From the NCBI GenBank assembly GCA_038217285.1, contig JBBQPO010000140.1, forward strand, positions 1 to 15,935: a stretch of DNA of 15,935 bases. The letters run 5' to 3'. This document shows positions 1 to 8,085 of this stretch, one piece after another. A program made the position numbers and the translations under genes. The stretch's first letter is position 1. Each line of letters opens with the position of its first letter. The notes beneath the pieces are model-generated. The model saw nothing but the letters and a program-made list of their open reading frames with translations. It did no database searches and was not told the origin of the DNA. This stretch comes from Chthonomonadales bacterium. GTDB lineage: Bacteria; Armatimonadota; Chthonomonadetes; Chthonomonadales; Chthonomonadaceae.

Positions 1-12
1 TCGTCGGTGCAT
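1..12 (-). CDS. Possible 5' end of a gene running off the left edge (MHRR...)
   Basis: The minus strand reads AGGAG-ATCGC-ATG CAC CGA CGA: an SD-like motif 5 nt before the ATG at 12-10, downstream of mqnC. Only 4 codons are visible. Confidence 0.4.
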
Positions 13-96
13 GCGATCTCCTATTCCGAATACTCGGAGGCGCGTTCGCTGAGTCGCAATCACGCCCGTTTTCCTTCTCTGTACCTTCTTCGATCT

Positions 97-1245
97 CTAA
101 ACGTGTAAGAGCGGAGAACCTTCGGGGACGCCTTTGGGCAGTAGTTGGTACTGCGTGGTACGGCGCATCGGCGTATATCCTGCATTCCGAATCAGGCGCT
201 CCATCTCTTCGATGGGCATGGTGAAGGCGCACCCGGCGGAAGAGACAACATTCTCCTCCATCATGGTGCTGCCGAAGTCGTTCAGGCCATAGCGCAGGGC
301 GACCTGGGCGACTTTCGGACCCTGCGTGACCCAACTGGCCTGCATATTGGGGATGTTGTCGAGCAGAAGGCGTGCCACCGCGACGGTTCGGAGGTAGTCG
401 AAGGCGGAGGCGCGTTCGCCCTCCAGTTCCGTGCCATCGGGCTGGAACGACCACGGAATGAAAGCCGTAAAACCGCCGGTCTCGTCCTGCAAATCGCGTG
501 AACGGATCAGATGCTCCACCCGATCCTCCAGGGTGTCCACCGAACCGTACATCATCGTCACTGTCGATTTCAGGCCCGCGCGGTGGGCTTCGCGCATGCA
601 GTTCAGCCACTCGTCGGCGGTATCTTTGAACGGCGAAATCGTCTGGCGGACGCGGTCGGTCAAGATCTCCGCGCCTCCCCCTGGAACGCTGTCGAGGCCC
701 GCCGCCTTGAGGCGCTGGAACATCTCCGCCTGCGACAACTTGCTGATCTTCGCGATATAGATGAGCTCGGCAGGGGAGAAGGCGTGGAGGATGACGCCAT
801 AGGCTCCGAACTTCTCCTTGATCGCGTGGAGCAGATCTTCGTACCACTCGATTTTGAGCTTCGGATTGAGGCCGCCCTGCATCAGGATCTCGATGCCACC
901 GACATCGACCATCTGCTGCACCTTCTCGAAAATCTTTTCTCGACTCAGGGTGTAGCCCTCGTCATGGCCGGGGATGCGATAGAAGGCGCAGAACTTGCAG
1001 CGTACCCAGCAGATGTTGGTGTAGTTGATGTTCCGGCCCACGACGTAGGTCACAAGATCGTTACTATCGGGATGCAAGCGCTCCCGAACGTGATTGGCGA
1101 GGAAGGCCAACTCCGGCAGATTCGGGTGGTGAAAGAGGCGCAGGCCCTCCTCCGCCGTCAACCGTTCATTCGCGAACACTTTGTCGGCGATGTCGTCAAT
1201 CGAGCGCGCACGTGGCGCTGTCTGTTCTCGTTCCAGTGTCGGCAT
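97..1245 (-). CDS. mqnC: Cyclic dehypoxanthine futalosine synthase (radical SAM, futalosine menaquinone pathway)
   Basis: 382 aa. RNINYTNIC-WVR-C-KF-C (CxxxCxxC), ILMQGG, PGGGAEIL, FIPWSFQP and ASWVTQG..QVAL..G.NDFGSTMMEENVVSSAG are typical of MqnC within the CofH/MqnC/MqnE family. GGAG lies upstream of the ATG. Confidence 0.88.
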   Translation of the reverse strand: MPTLEREQTAPRARSIDDIADKVFANERLTAEEGLRLFHHPNLPELAFLANHVRERLHPDSNDLVTYVVGRNINYTNICWVRCKFCAFYRIPGHDEGYTLSREKIFEKVQQMVDVGGIEILMQGGLNPKLKIEWYEDLLHAIKEKFGAYGVILHAFSPAELIYIAKISKLSQAEMFQRLKAAGLDSVPGGGAEILTDRVRQTISPFKDTADEWLNCMREAHRAGLKSTVTMMYGSVDTLEDRVEHLIRSRDLQDETGGFTAFIPWSFQPDGTELEGERASAFDYLRTVAVARLLLDNIPNMQASWVTQGPKVAQVALRYGLNDFGSTMMEENVVSSAGCAFTMPIEEMERLIRNAGYTPMRRTTQYQLLPKGVPEGSPLLHV

Positions 1246-1309
1246 GATCTTCTCTCCATCTCGAAGAGGCCGGGTCTTGAGCCTGTGCCATATTTCACAA
1301 TCTATTTAT

Positions 1310-1315
1310 ATTATA
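1310..1315 (-). promoter_or_regulatory. Candidate sigma70 -10 box for mqnC
   Basis: Perfect TATAAT on the minus strand within an AT-rich patch ~65 nt upstream of the mqnC ATG. No convincing -35. Confidence 0.45.
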
Positions 1316-1467
1316 CCTTGTGTTGCAGGTCGGACGTTCCCGTGTACCCGGTTATTGTCGCCACCCGACCGCGAATTTGCGGTTTGAACAGGAAAACGGC
1401 GGTTCCCTCGCGAATAGAGTGCTTATAAGGTTCTGCGCGTGGTTCGCGGCACGGGTTCTTGTTTCTC

Positions 1468-1498
1468 ATTATACACCTGCCCGCGCCGAAACCGACAA
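1468..1498 (-). promoter_or_regulatory. Second candidate leftward sigma70 promoter
   Basis: Minus-strand TATAAT at 1473-1468, with TTGTCG at 1498-1493. The 19-nt spacer is suboptimal. Confidence 0.3.
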
Positions 1499-1539
1499 CC
1501 TGTGAAATCTGAGGGGCGATGAAAAGGAAAGAAACACGC

Positions 1540-2538
1540 ATGCATACGGTGACGTTGATTCCCGGCGACGGGATCGGACCGGAAGTGTCCGAAGCTGCCG
1601 TTCGGGTGATCGCAGCGACCGGAGTCAAGATCGAATGGGAGCGGATGGAAGCCGGGGCGGATGTCATCATCAAGTACGGCTCTCCGCTGCCGGACGAGGT
1701 CGTACACTCCATTATCCGTAACCGCACGGCGCTGAAAGGTCCGCTCTCCACGCCCATCGGCGGCGGCTACGCCAGCGCCAATGTCGCGCTGCGCAAGCGG
1801 CTCAACCTCTACGCCAACGTGCGTCCGGTGCGTACCTTGCCGGGCGTGAAGTGTCGCTTCGAAAATGTCAATCTGGTCGTGGTGCGGGAGAACAGCGAAG
1901 ATCTCTACTCCGGCCTGGAGCATATCGTCGTACCGGGGGTGGTGGAGAGCCTGAAGATCATCACGGAGACCGCCTGCCTACGGATCGGTCGGTTCGCTTT
2001 CCTCTACGCCGCCCAGAACGGCCGCAGAAAGGTGACGGCAGTCCACAAGGCCAACATCATGAAACTGGCGGACGGCCTGTTTCTGGAGTGCATACGCCGC
2101 GCCAGTCGGGAGTATCCGGAGATCGAGTATGAGGAGCTGATCGTCGATAACACCTGCATGCAGATGGTCATGCGGCCGGAGCGGTTCGATGTGATGGTGA
2201 TGGAAAACCTCTACGGCGACATTCTCTCTGATCTGGCCTCCGGTCTTATCGGCGGCCTTGGCCTGACCGCTTCCGCCAACATCGGAGAGAACGGGGTCGC
2301 GGTCTTCGAGGCGGTGCATGGCTCCGCGCCCGACATCGCCGGTCGCAACCTCGCCAACCCTATCGCGCTGATTCTCTCCTCCGTGCTGATGCTCAAGCAT
2401 CTCAATGAGGGCGAAGCGGCGCACCGTATCGAACATGCCGTCAACAAAGTCCTGCTTGCAGGCGAGAATGTCACCAGCGACCTCGGTGGTGACGCCTCCA
2501 CCACCCAGATCACCGACGCCATCATCGCCGCCCTCTAA
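1540..2538 (+). CDS. icd: Isocitrate/isopropylmalate dehydrogenase family enzyme, most likely NAD-dependent isocitrate dehydrogenase
   Basis: Motifs: IPGDGIGPEV, KGPLSTP.GGGYASANVALRK (S-x-N isocitrate-type loop), RENSEDLY, VHKANIMK, NLYGDILSD, FEAVHGSAPDIAG (Asp-Ile, NAD-type). ATG 1540 (AAGGA upstream, family N-terminus MHTVTLIPGDG) is preferred over ATG 1519. Homoisocitrate dehydrogenase activity cannot be excluded. Confidence 0.8.
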   Translation: MHTVTLIPGDGIGPEVSEAAVRVIAATGVKIEWERMEAGADVIIKYGSPLPDEVVHSIIRNRTALKGPLSTPIGGGYASANVALRKRLNLYANVRPVRTLPGVKCRFENVNLVVVRENSEDLYSGLEHIVVPGVVESLKIITETACLRIGRFAFLYAAQNGRRKVTAVHKANIMKLADGLFLECIRRASREYPEIEYEELIVDNTCMQMVMRPERFDVMVMENLYGDILSDLASGLIGGLGLTASANIGENGVAVFEAVHGSAPDIAGRNLANPIALILSSVLMLKHLNEGEAAHRIEHAVNKVLLAGENVTSDLGGDASTTQITDAIIAAL

Positions 2539-2568
2539 GCCCGCGTCGATAACCGATTCCGTCCTGCA

Positions 2569-2611
2569 ACGGCCATTTCCGAGAACAAAATTCTTGGAAA
2601 TGGCCGTCTTT
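2569..2611. terminator. Long hairpin between convergent genes, probable (bidirectional) terminator
   Basis: ACGGCCATTTCCGAGAA (2569-2585) pairs with TTCTTGGAAATGGCCGT (2591-2607): 17-bp stem with one G-U and a 5-nt loop, followed by CTTT. The U-tract is short. Confidence 0.65.
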
Positions 2612-2627
2612 GCTGCGCCGCCCGAGT

Positions 2628-3692
2628 TCAATCGACTGGTATCAGGTAGAGTTGCTCGTTATAGACGAAACTCAAATGTTTGCTGTCGGGCGTCCAGGCC
2701 AGGGAGTAGGTCCGGCCCCGTCTGTCGTCCAGGATACGGTGCATATTTTGGCCATGTAGATCGCTCAGGTAGTAACTCGACCTGGCAGGAGAGACTTTCA
2801 TCCGCGCGGGGAAAAGGCGCGTGAGCCACTGTGTAAAGAGGGAAGGTTTCACTATGGCAGTGAGCCAGAGCAGGCGCTGGTTGTCAGGGGAGACGGTGGC
2901 ATAGCCGAACTCCATGTCCAACGGTACGGACGCCTGCCACGTCCGCTGAACTACAGACGGCTGCGAACCCTGAAACGAACGCATCGTCATCGTGGGATAG
3001 TTCATCGCAAGCCCTCCCGTCCGGAGGGGCTGGTAGAACCGCCCGCCTATCAGGAAATCGGGGCCTCTCGGCAGAGTACTCAAGGGAGTTGGCATATCTA
3101 CTTGCAGCGCCGGTGGAATCGTCTCCGTAGGTGATGAATCGAGATGATAGACTTTCAGGACCAGGGGAGCCATAGTGGTGATGCAGAGGAAACTCCGGCT
3201 ATCCGGCAGCCAGCCCGAAAAGTACTCTCCGATAGGAGGGGCGGTGGGCGGTGTTTTGCCATCGGCGGAGACCAGAGCCGTCCGATATTGGCCCGTGTTG
3301 GCAAGTTGGAGATAGGCGACCCACTTCTCGTCCGGCGAGGGAGCGAAGGTGCTTGCCAGGCGGCCCAGAGGTATCTCGGGGCCGCGTCTCATCCCTCCGA
3401 CCGGGCCGCTCGCGTGCATTTTCTGATAGCAGACCTGGAGGAGACCGTTGGCACTCATCTCCAGATGCGCCAGATCCCCGTTGGGCATCCAGCGGAATGG
3501 GGCGTACTGCGGGTATCGGGGATTTCGCCCCGCCCACTGCGCGGTGGAGACGACCGGATAGGCACCTCGAGGTAAGGGGGACCAGAAAAAAGCGCTGCCC
3601 CAGACGCAGAGGCCGACGACCAGGACGCTGCAGAGACTCACTGCCAGTCGCCTCGAAAGAAGTTTAGGGGGATTACGTTGGGGTGTCTGCAT
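2628..3692 (-). CDS. Hypothetical membrane-anchored protein with TolB/WD40(PD40)-like beta-propeller motifs
   Basis: 354 aa with a strong AGGAGG SD. Basic N-terminus followed by a hydrophobic segment (LAVSLCSVLVVGLCVWGSAFFW). Repeated blade-like motifs: FRWMPNG, PSPDEKWVAY, VSADGK, GWLPDSRSF, VSPDNQRLLW, AWTPDSKHLSF. Confidence 0.7.
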   Translation of the reverse strand: MQTPQRNPPKLLSRRLAVSLCSVLVVGLCVWGSAFFWSPLPRGAYPVVSTAQWAGRNPRYPQYAPFRWMPNGDLAHLEMSANGLLQVCYQKMHASGPVGGMRRGPEIPLGRLASTFAPSPDEKWVAYLQLANTGQYRTALVSADGKTPPTAPPIGEYFSGWLPDSRSFLCITTMAPLVLKVYHLDSSPTETIPPALQVDMPTPLSTLPRGPDFLIGGRFYQPLRTGGLAMNYPTMTMRSFQGSQPSVVQRTWQASVPLDMEFGYATVSPDNQRLLWLTAIVKPSLFTQWLTRLFPARMKVSPARSSYYLSDLHGQNMHRILDDRRGRTYSLAWTPDSKHLSFVYNEQLYLIPVD

Positions 3693-3724
3693 CGTCGATG
3701 CCTCCTATAGTACCGACGATGCAG
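3687..3724 (-). promoter_or_regulatory. Inverted repeat enclosing the SD and pairing with the start codon of the hypothetical gene
   Basis: CTGCATCGTCG (3687-3697) and CGACGATGCAG (3714-3724) form a perfect 11-bp inverted repeat with a 16-nt spacer containing AGGAGG on the minus strand. Confidence 0.5.
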
Positions 3725-3747
3725 TTGCCCGACAGGTTTCGGAGAGG

Positions 3748-5430
3748 TTAGATCTCCATGATGACCGGCACGACGACCGGGCGGCGGTTGGTGCGCTTAC
3801 GCAGGTACTTGGCGACCGTATCGTGGACCGTGAGGCGCACGGTGTCCCAGTCGCTGCCTTCCGTGAGGCTCAGCTCTTCCAGCGCTTCCGTGACCTTCTC
3901 TGCCGCCAGTTCGAACAGCTCTCCACTGTCCTCCGGGCGCAGAAAGCCGCGTGAGAGCATGTCGGGGCCTGCCAGGATCTCGCCGTTGCTGCGGTCCATA
4001 CTGACGGTGACAATCACGGTGCCGTCCTGGGCCAGATGCTTGCGATCTCTCAGCACGACATCGCTGACGCCGCCGGTCGAGACCCCGTCTACGAGGACGC
4101 TGCCGTGCGGAATGTGCTCGGTGCCGCGTCGTACGCCGTTCTCATCCATCTCCAGATACTGCCCGACCTCGAAGGTCAGGATCTGATCGTCCGGGTAGCC
4201 CATATCGCGTGCCATCATCCGGTAGGCATGGTAGTGGCGCTGTTCGCCGTGGTAGGGAGCGACGAACTCCGGGGCGGTCAGGTTGATCATCATCTTGAGC
4301 TCTTCCTGGTAGCCGTGTCCGGAGACATGGACGTTCTGGATCGCGTCGTAGATGACCGTCGCGCCGCTGCGGAAGATGCGGTTGACCACGCGCCAGACCA
4401 TGTCCTCGTTGCCAGGAATCGGCGTGGAAGAGAGGATGACGGTGTCGGTCGGATCGATCTGAATCTTCGAATTTTCGTCGCGGCTCATGCGGGTGAGGCC
4501 CGCCAGCGGTTCGCCCTGGCTGCCCGTCGTCAGGATCGCGACCTCGTTCGGCGGATATTTACCGACCTCGTCCACCTTGAGCAGATGGGTGTCGGCCATC
4601 CGCAGGAAGCCGAGGGCGCGCGCGGTCGTGATGTTCTGGCTCATGCTGCGCCCGAAGATCGCGACTTTTCTGCCGTGTTTTACCGCCATGTCGTAGACCG
4701 TCTGGCAGCGATGCAGGTTCGAGCCGAACGTCGCGACGATCACGCGCCCCTTGCATTCGCGCATGAAACGGTCGAAGATCGGCACCAGGCTACGCTCCGA
4801 AGGCGACCAGCCCTTGCGCTCGACATTGACGCTGTCGGAGATCAGCAGCTTGACGCCCTCCTCGCCAAGCTGGGCGAAGCGGGGAGCGTCGAACAGGTGA
4901 TTGTCGATCGGGGTCTGATCGATCTTGAAGTCGCTGCTGTGTACCACCGTGCCGACCGGCGATTTGATGACCAGGCTGGCCGCGTTGGGCAGCGAGTGGG
5001 TGACCAGGACGGCCTCGATCGAGAGCGGCCCGAACTCGACGGCGGCGCGGTCCGGAAATTCATTGAAGCTGGTGCTCGCGACAAGCCCGTGCTCGCTCAG
5101 TTTCTCGCGCACCATTCCCAGGGTCAGTTTGGTTCCCCAGAGCGGCAGTGGGAGCTGCTTGAGGATGAACGGCAGCGCGCCGATGTGATCCTCATGTCCG
5201 TGGGTCAGAAGAATGGCCTTGACCATCTCCTTGCGCTCCAGCAGGTACGTGATGTCGGGGATGATAAGATCGACCCCCGGATGCTCGTCCGTCGGAAACG
5301 CCACGCCGCTATCGACCACGAGAATCGTGTCCTCATAGTGGAGTGCGATCATATTCTTGCCGACTTCGCCGCTTCCCCCGAGAGAGATGATGCGAAGTTT
5401 TCCTTTCGGCCCAATACCGGTATCCGTCAC
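3748..5430 (-). CDS. rnj: Ribonuclease J (metallo-beta-lactamase/beta-CASP)
   Basis: 560 aa, GTG start. Motifs: LGGSGEVGKN, THGHEDHIG (HxHxDH), THS, DFKID, TTGSQGEP, HVSGH, PYHGE, and C-terminal RRPVVVPVIMEI. The position downstream of dapA is a common synteny. Confidence 0.95.
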   Translation of the reverse strand: MTDTGIGPKGKLRIISLGGSGEVGKNMIALHYEDTILVVDSGVAFPTDEHPGVDLIIPDITYLLERKEMVKAILLTHGHEDHIGALPFILKQLPLPLWGTKLTLGMVREKLSEHGLVASTSFNEFPDRAAVEFGPLSIEAVLVTHSLPNAASLVIKSPVGTVVHSSDFKIDQTPIDNHLFDAPRFAQLGEEGVKLLISDSVNVERKGWSPSERSLVPIFDRFMRECKGRVIVATFGSNLHRCQTVYDMAVKHGRKVAIFGRSMSQNITTARALGFLRMADTHLLKVDEVGKYPPNEVAILTTGSQGEPLAGLTRMSRDENSKIQIDPTDTVILSSTPIPGNEDMVWRVVNRIFRSGATVIYDAIQNVHVSGHGYQEELKMMINLTAPEFVAPYHGEQRHYHAYRMMARDMGYPDDQILTFEVGQYLEMDENGVRRGTEHIPHGSVLVDGVSTGGVSDVVLRDRKHLAQDGTVIVTVSMDRSNGEILAGPDMLSRGFLRPEDSGELFELAAEKVTEALEELSLTEGSDWDTVRLTVHDTVAKYLRKRTNRRPVVVPVIMEI

Positions 5431-5468
5431 AGATTTTTCCCTTCAGCGTACAGTGCGTGTATTTTGTC

Positions 5469-6368
5469 TTACAACATTCCATAGGCGGCCAGGGCCGTCT
5501 TTACGATTTCCAACTCTTTGGCGTTCGCTTCCACGAGCGGGAGGCGTACTCCGCCGACTTCCAGGCCCAACAGGTTCAGAGCTGCCTTTAGCGGGACCGG
5601 GCTGGGCGTGGTCGGCTGGAAACAGGCGCGCAGCATCGGCAGCATTTTGCCGTTCAGCCGCACGGCTTCCGCCAACTGCCCTCCGAAAAAGGCCGTATGC
5701 ATGGCTTTTATATCTCGTCCGACCAGATGCGCCGTCACGCTGACCACGCCGACGCCACCGACCGCCAGGAGGGGCAGGGTCATTCCGTCGTCACCGCTGT
5801 AGACCGCGAACTCGGCCGGAGCCTCCGCGACGATCTCTGCGCACTGCACGAGGTTTCCGGCAGCCTCTTTCGTCGCGACGATGTTTGCCACCTCTTTTGC
5901 CAACCGCACGGTCGTCGCCGCGTCCATATTCTGCGCGGTACGCGGCGGCACATTGTAGAGAACGCAGGGGAGCGCGGGAACACTCGCGGCGATGGCCCGA
6001 AAGTGCTGATAGAGACCTTCCTGCGAAGGCTTACTGTAGGGCGGTACGACGAGCAGCGCTCCATCGACACCCGTTTCCACAGCCTCCTGCGTCAGAGCGA
6101 TACTGGCGGCGGTGTCGTTCCCGCCCGTACCGGCGATCACCGTTCCACGCTTACCTACGATCTGCTTGACCAACCGAAACAGCCGCAGCTTCTCCGCATG
6201 ACTCAGGGTGGGCGATTCGCCTGTCGTGCCGCATACCACAATGCCGTCCGAACCGTTGGCCAGCAGATGCTCTACCAACCGCTCGGTCCGCGCCTCACTG
6301 ATCTGTCCTTCGGCATCGAACGGCGTTACCATCGCCGTCAACACCTGCCCGAAAATCGCTGCCGCCAT
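5469..6368 (-). CDS. dapA: 4-hydroxy-tetrahydrodipicolinate synthase
   Basis: 299 aa. Motifs: TAMVTPF, GTTGESPTL, LYNVP.RT (Tyr/Arg), TKEA (Schiff-base Lys), YSGDD, GGVGVVSV. Lies between asd and rnj. Confidence 0.93.
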   Translation of the reverse strand: MAAAIFGQVLTAMVTPFDAEGQISEARTERLVEHLLANGSDGIVVCGTTGESPTLSHAEKLRLFRLVKQIVGKRGTVIAGTGGNDTAASIALTQEAVETGVDGALLVVPPYSKPSQEGLYQHFRAIAASVPALPCVLYNVPPRTAQNMDAATTVRLAKEVANIVATKEAAGNLVQCAEIVAEAPAEFAVYSGDDGMTLPLLAVGGVGVVSVTAHLVGRDIKAMHTAFFGGQLAEAVRLNGKMLPMLRACFQPTTPSPVPLKAALNLLGLEVGGVRLPLVEANAKELEIVKTALAAYGML

Positions 6369-6384
6369 TCAAAACTCTCCCGTC

Positions 6385-7413
6385 CTACTGTTGTTGCTGC
6401 TGCTGCATCTGAATCCATTTTTCCGCGATCTGGATACCGTTGAGGGCCGCTCCTTTGAGGATCTGATCACCGGAAAGAAACAGGTCTATCGCGTCGTCGT
6501 TCGAAAGGTCGTAGCGCAGGCGTCCGACCAGAACCTCGTCGCGCCCGCTGGCCTCCAGGGGCATCGGGAAATGGTTGTTCTCGCGGTCATCCACCACCAC
6601 CACGCCGGGGAAATGGGCCAGCGCCTCGCGGATAGCTTCCAGCGACGGGCGCTGACCGGCCTCGAACTCGATGTTCACGCTCTCTGAGTGCGCCCGGACG
6701 ACTGGCACACGTATACAGGTCGCTGTGATCTTGAGCATCGGGTCGTGCAGGATCTTGCGCGACTCGAAGATCATCTTCCGCTCTTCTTCATTGTAGCCCG
6801 TCGCGTCGATTTTGGTGTTATGGGAGAAGAGATTGAACGCGATGGGGTAGGGGAAAAGGTTCGGCACCACGGGGCGTTCGTGCAGCACATCGTGCGTCTG
6901 CTCGATCAACTCCTGCATCGCCTGCGCCCCTGCGCCGCTGGCGGCCTGATAGGTCGAAGCCACGATGCGTCGGATAGGAGCCAGTCTCCGCAGAGGTTCG
7001 ACGGCCATCAGCATCACGATCGTGGAGCAGTTCGGGTTGGCGATGATGCCGTGGTGCCAATGAATATCCTCCGGATTGATCTCCGGAATGACCAGCGGCA
7101 CTTCGGGATCCATGCGGAACGCGGAGGAGTTATCGATGACCAGCGCGCCTGCTGCTGCGGCGGGCGGGCCGAACTCACGACTGCGGGAGCCTCCGGCAGA
7201 GAAGAGGGCGATATCGATGCCCTGAAATGCTTTCGCCGTCAGAAGCTCAACGGTATGAGGACACCCTCGAAACGAAAGGGTGCGTCCGACAGAACGCTCG
7301 GAGGCGAGCAGGCGTAGCGACTCCAGGGGGAACTCCCGGGTCTCCAGCAGGCGGATAAACTCCGTACCCACGGCTCCGGTCGCTCCGGCAATGGCGACAT
7401 GATAGGTTTTCAT
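6385..7413 (-). CDS. asd: Aspartate-semialdehyde dehydrogenase
   Basis: 342 aa. Motifs: GATGAVG, DNSSAFRM, IANPNCST (catalytic Cys), STYQAASGAG, RVPVVRAHS (catalytic His), KGAALN. Confidence 0.96.
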   Translation of the reverse strand: MKTYHVAIAGATGAVGTEFIRLLETREFPLESLRLLASERSVGRTLSFRGCPHTVELLTAKAFQGIDIALFSAGGSRSREFGPPAAAAGALVIDNSSAFRMDPEVPLVIPEINPEDIHWHHGIIANPNCSTIVMLMAVEPLRRLAPIRRIVASTYQAASGAGAQAMQELIEQTHDVLHERPVVPNLFPYPIAFNLFSHNTKIDATGYNEEERKMIFESRKILHDPMLKITATCIRVPVVRAHSESVNIEFEAGQRPSLEAIREALAHFPGVVVVDDRENNHFPMPLEASGRDEVLVGRLRYDLSNDDAIDLFLSGDQILKGAALNGIQIAEKWIQMQQQQQQ

Positions 7414-7465
7414 AACAGGACTCTCTTGGTTTCGTCTTCCGTAAAGGTAATGAACAGGTATCCCT

Positions 7466-7495
7466 AGTGTACTCTAACGAAGGCGATAACGTCAA
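7466..7495 (-). promoter_or_regulatory. Candidate sigma70 promoter for asd-dapA-rnj
   Basis: Minus-strand TTGACG (7495-7490), 18-nt spacer, TACACT (7471-7466), ~50 nt upstream of the asd ATG. Confidence 0.6.
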
Positions 7496-7532
7496 CCGAA
7501 CCCGATCACTGGACACGGTTCGCGCATCTGTC

Positions 7533-8081
7533 CTAAACGGAAAAGGTGTGTACCAGCGAGTACAACTCTCGGTAGAGATCGAGACGTTCGGAGCCCCAGT
7601 GATCCGCGCGGGCGCTGGAGCTATGGAGCACGAAAACCCGAGAAACGCCGATCCTCTCCTCTTGTTCGCCCCAGTCGGTGCAGAGGCGTCCGGTGCTCAT
7701 CTGATAGACGTCTTTGCCGTTGAAGCAGAGGAAACGCGGCTGAAACCGGAGCAGTTTTTCGCGTAGATGCTGGCGTCGTTGCGGGGTCGGAGCGGGCAGA
7801 AGATGGTTCGCGCCGGTCGCGAGATGGGGATAGAGACAGGTCAGGCCCAGCCCGTACTGCAAGACCTCACCGTCTTCTTCCGGATGCAGTTTCCGTGGTG
7901 TAAAACCGGATTGAGAGAGCAGCAGCCAGAATTTGTTCGTGGGGCCAGCGTACCAGTGACCGGCCCGGGCGGAGTTATGGCTGGCGGCGGCCCCTACGAA
8001 AATGACGTCGAGATTCGGCGCAAGAATATCAGGAAGGTAGGCGGTTTTCGGTGGTTCCTGTTCCGTGTCGGGCGTGGTCAT
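7533..8081 (-). CDS. mug: Mismatch-specific uracil/thymine DNA glycosylase (UDG family 2, MUG/TDG-like) with an atypical active-site motif
   Basis: 182 aa. LPDILAPNLDVIFVG, GHWYAGPTNKFW, GFTPRKLHPEED, YGLGLT, FNGK, WGEQ and FVLHSSS match the MUG pattern. Motif 1 is GAAAS rather than GINPG. Confidence 0.82.
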   Translation of the reverse strand: MTTPDTEQEPPKTAYLPDILAPNLDVIFVGAAASHNSARAGHWYAGPTNKFWLLLSQSGFTPRKLHPEEDGEVLQYGLGLTCLYPHLATGANHLLPAPTPQRRQHLREKLLRFQPRFLCFNGKDVYQMSTGRLCTDWGEQEERIGVSRVFVLHSSSARADHWGSERLDLYRELYSLVHTFSV

Positions 8082-8085
8082 CGGG

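Noticed and set aside
97..1245. CofH (F420) or MqnE assignment
   Set aside because: The ILMQGG, IPWSFQP and SWVTQG..GSTMMEENVV motifs fit MqnC better, and no cofG is visible.
1540..2538. leuB, or evidence for a second (aminoadipate) lysine pathway
   Set aside because: The substrate loop is S-x-N type rather than the LeuB E-x-x-LL type. No leu or aminoadipate-pathway genes are nearby, and the DAP pathway genes are present.
3748..5430. Inactive RNase J (HSSDFK and SDSVN differ from the usual HTGDFK and SDSTN)
   Set aside because: All metal-binding motifs (HxHxDH, His, Asp, C-terminal His) are intact, so these changes look peripheral.
4036..5484. 482-aa plus-strand ORF
   Set aside because: Antisense shadow of rnj, as expected from high-GC codon bias; no recognisable motifs.
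7414..7532. Lysine riboswitch upstream of asd
   Set aside because: The predicted leader is only ~45 nt and the whole gap ~120 nt, too short for a lysine aptamer plus expression platform.
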